Source of the DNA: an uncultured delta proteobacterium
Lineage (GTDB): Bacteria; Desulfobacterota; RBG-13-43-22
Length of the DNA stretch: 27,932 bases
Assembly (NCBI GenBank): GCA_963743305.1
Contig: CAVUPH010000031.1
Location: forward strand, 1-27,932
Direction of reading: 5' to 3'
In this document: piece after piece, positions 26,847 through 27,932 of the stretch
How the letters are laid out: every line of letters begins with the position of its first letter
Position numbering within the stretch: the stretch's first letter is position 1
The notes under the pieces: generated by a model
Told to the model about the DNA's origin: nothing
The model's input: the letters and a program-made list of their open reading frames with translations, nothing else
The model's database searches: none
Translations under genes and position numbers: made by a program

Positions 26847-27932
26847 AGCGCCGCCCCTTTCAGAGACTGAATATGTAAAGTCGTCCGCGCGGTTCCTGTC
26901 CGCCCGTCCCGATACTGGATCGGCACTTCGATCACGGCCTCGGTCCGGCCGCTGTAAATGGCCCCGATCAGCTCCCGGTATCGTGTTTCCAATCGGGACC
27001 GGCGCAGCGCTCTGGTTCGCGTGATTTCGCCTTCGTTGGGATCGAATTCCCGGTGGAGATTGACCGCCTTGCTGATCCGGACCTCGGCGGGAAGATCCGC
27101 GTTGATCCGCTCGATCTCCTGGCCGATCAATTCCACCACCTCCGGTCTTTGGGAGAGGTCGGCAAAGGCCGTATAGGACAATCGCTTTTTCCCCGCCCAT
27201 TGGCTGACCTGGTCATAATGGATAACGATCACGGCCGAGATGGTGCTCCGGTCCGGACCCGCCATCACCCAGACGTCCTGGATGTAGGGGCTGAATCGCA
27301 GCCGGGCTTCAATCATCTGCGGGGCCAGTTTTCCGCCGCCGGCCAGATCGACCAGATCCCGCAGACGAGCGACAAAGACCAGGTGCCCATTCCCACCCGG
27401 AATAACATGGTCGCCGCTGTGAAACCAGCCGTCTTTCAAAGCCTCGGCCGTCTGAAGCGGATCGTTATGGTAGCCGATGAATAGGCCCCTCTGGCGGTAG
27501 AGGAGCTCTCCCTGATCGCTTACTTGGACCTCGGCTTCCGGGTTCGCCGGCCCGACCGTGTCTAAGCGGAGATCGTCGTTCCGGGCTCCGGTCAGTATTC
27601 CGCCCTCGGTGGATCCGTACAGACTTTTGAGGGGAAGATTAAGCCGCTGGTAGAACCGGCAGACCTCCGGACTCAGGAAAGCCCCGGTACTATAACAAAT
27701 GCGCGCTCGGGAGAGACCCAAGCTTTTTTTGATGGGCTTAAAAAATAGGCTGTCCGCCAAAGCATACCCTAGTTTTAACAACAGGCCGGGCGTTTGTTTT
27801 CGCGTTTTGGAATCGGCCAGCTTGTCGCCCAGAGGCAGAAATAGGCGCTGGGCCCACTTTTCAAGGCGATCGGCACTGGCCATCCGGGCCTGAACCTGGG
27901 CCGCCTGCCTCTCCCAAAGCCGGGCGCCGTAG
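26843..27932 (-). CDS. Long-chain acyl-CoA synthetase-like AMP-binding protein (5' end outside the window), degenerate motifs
   Basis: Frame is open to the window edge (YGARLWERQ...); YGSTEGG, GWFHSGD, PQMIEARLRFSPYI and EFDPNEGEITRT motifs. Confidence 0.88.
   Translation of the reverse strand, partial: YGARLWERQAAQVQARMASADRLEKWAQRLFLPLGDKLADSKTRKQTPGLLLKLGYALADSLFFKPIKKSLGLSRARICYSTGAFLSPEVCRFYQRLNLPLKSLYGSTEGGILTGARNDDLRLDTVGPANPEAEVQVSDQGELLYRQRGLFIGYHNDPLQTAEALKDGWFHSGDHVIPGGNGHLVFVARLRDLVDLAGGGKLAPQMIEARLRFSPYIQDVWVMAGPDRSTISAVIVIHYDQVSQWAGKKRLSYTAFADLSQRPEVVELIGQEIERINADLPAEVRISKAVNLHREFDPNEGEITRTRALRRSRLETRYRELIGAIYSGRTEAVIEVPIQYRDGRTGTARTTLHIQSLKGAAL

Noticed and set aside
14622-27200. 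ORF-track start sites 14669, 15849, 16720, 17753, 19624 and 27200
   Set aside because: They extend into upstream genes or spacers; downstream starts with an RBS or ATGA coupling were used instead.

Overview
Almost entirely minus-strand catabolic locus from an anaerobe, probably Desulfobacterota/deltaproteobacterial (inferred from gene content and repeat types). The right two-thirds (9150-27932) encode two branched-chain-amino-acid-type (Liv/HAAT) ABC importers, two acyl-CoA ligases and a DUF169 protein. They also encode a corrinoid methyl-transfer system: two UroD/MtaA-fold methyltransferases, two near-identical corrinoid proteins and a pterin-binding MT2 with several altered folate-contact residues, followed by an LCAD-type acyl-CoA dehydrogenase (ACAD). 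The left third is a mosaic. The ACAD 3' end (~230-250 bp) recurs twice as diverged direct repeats, which bracket a DUF4160/DUF2442 TA-like pair and a cargo of C45 hydrolase, AraC regulator and serine hydrolase. A BKACE (Kce-family) gene and two SDR genes lie further left. Three genes carry five single-base frameshifts, and four different palindromic repeat types occupy intergenic gaps. No integrase, transposase, rRNA, tRNA or CRISPR array was seen.
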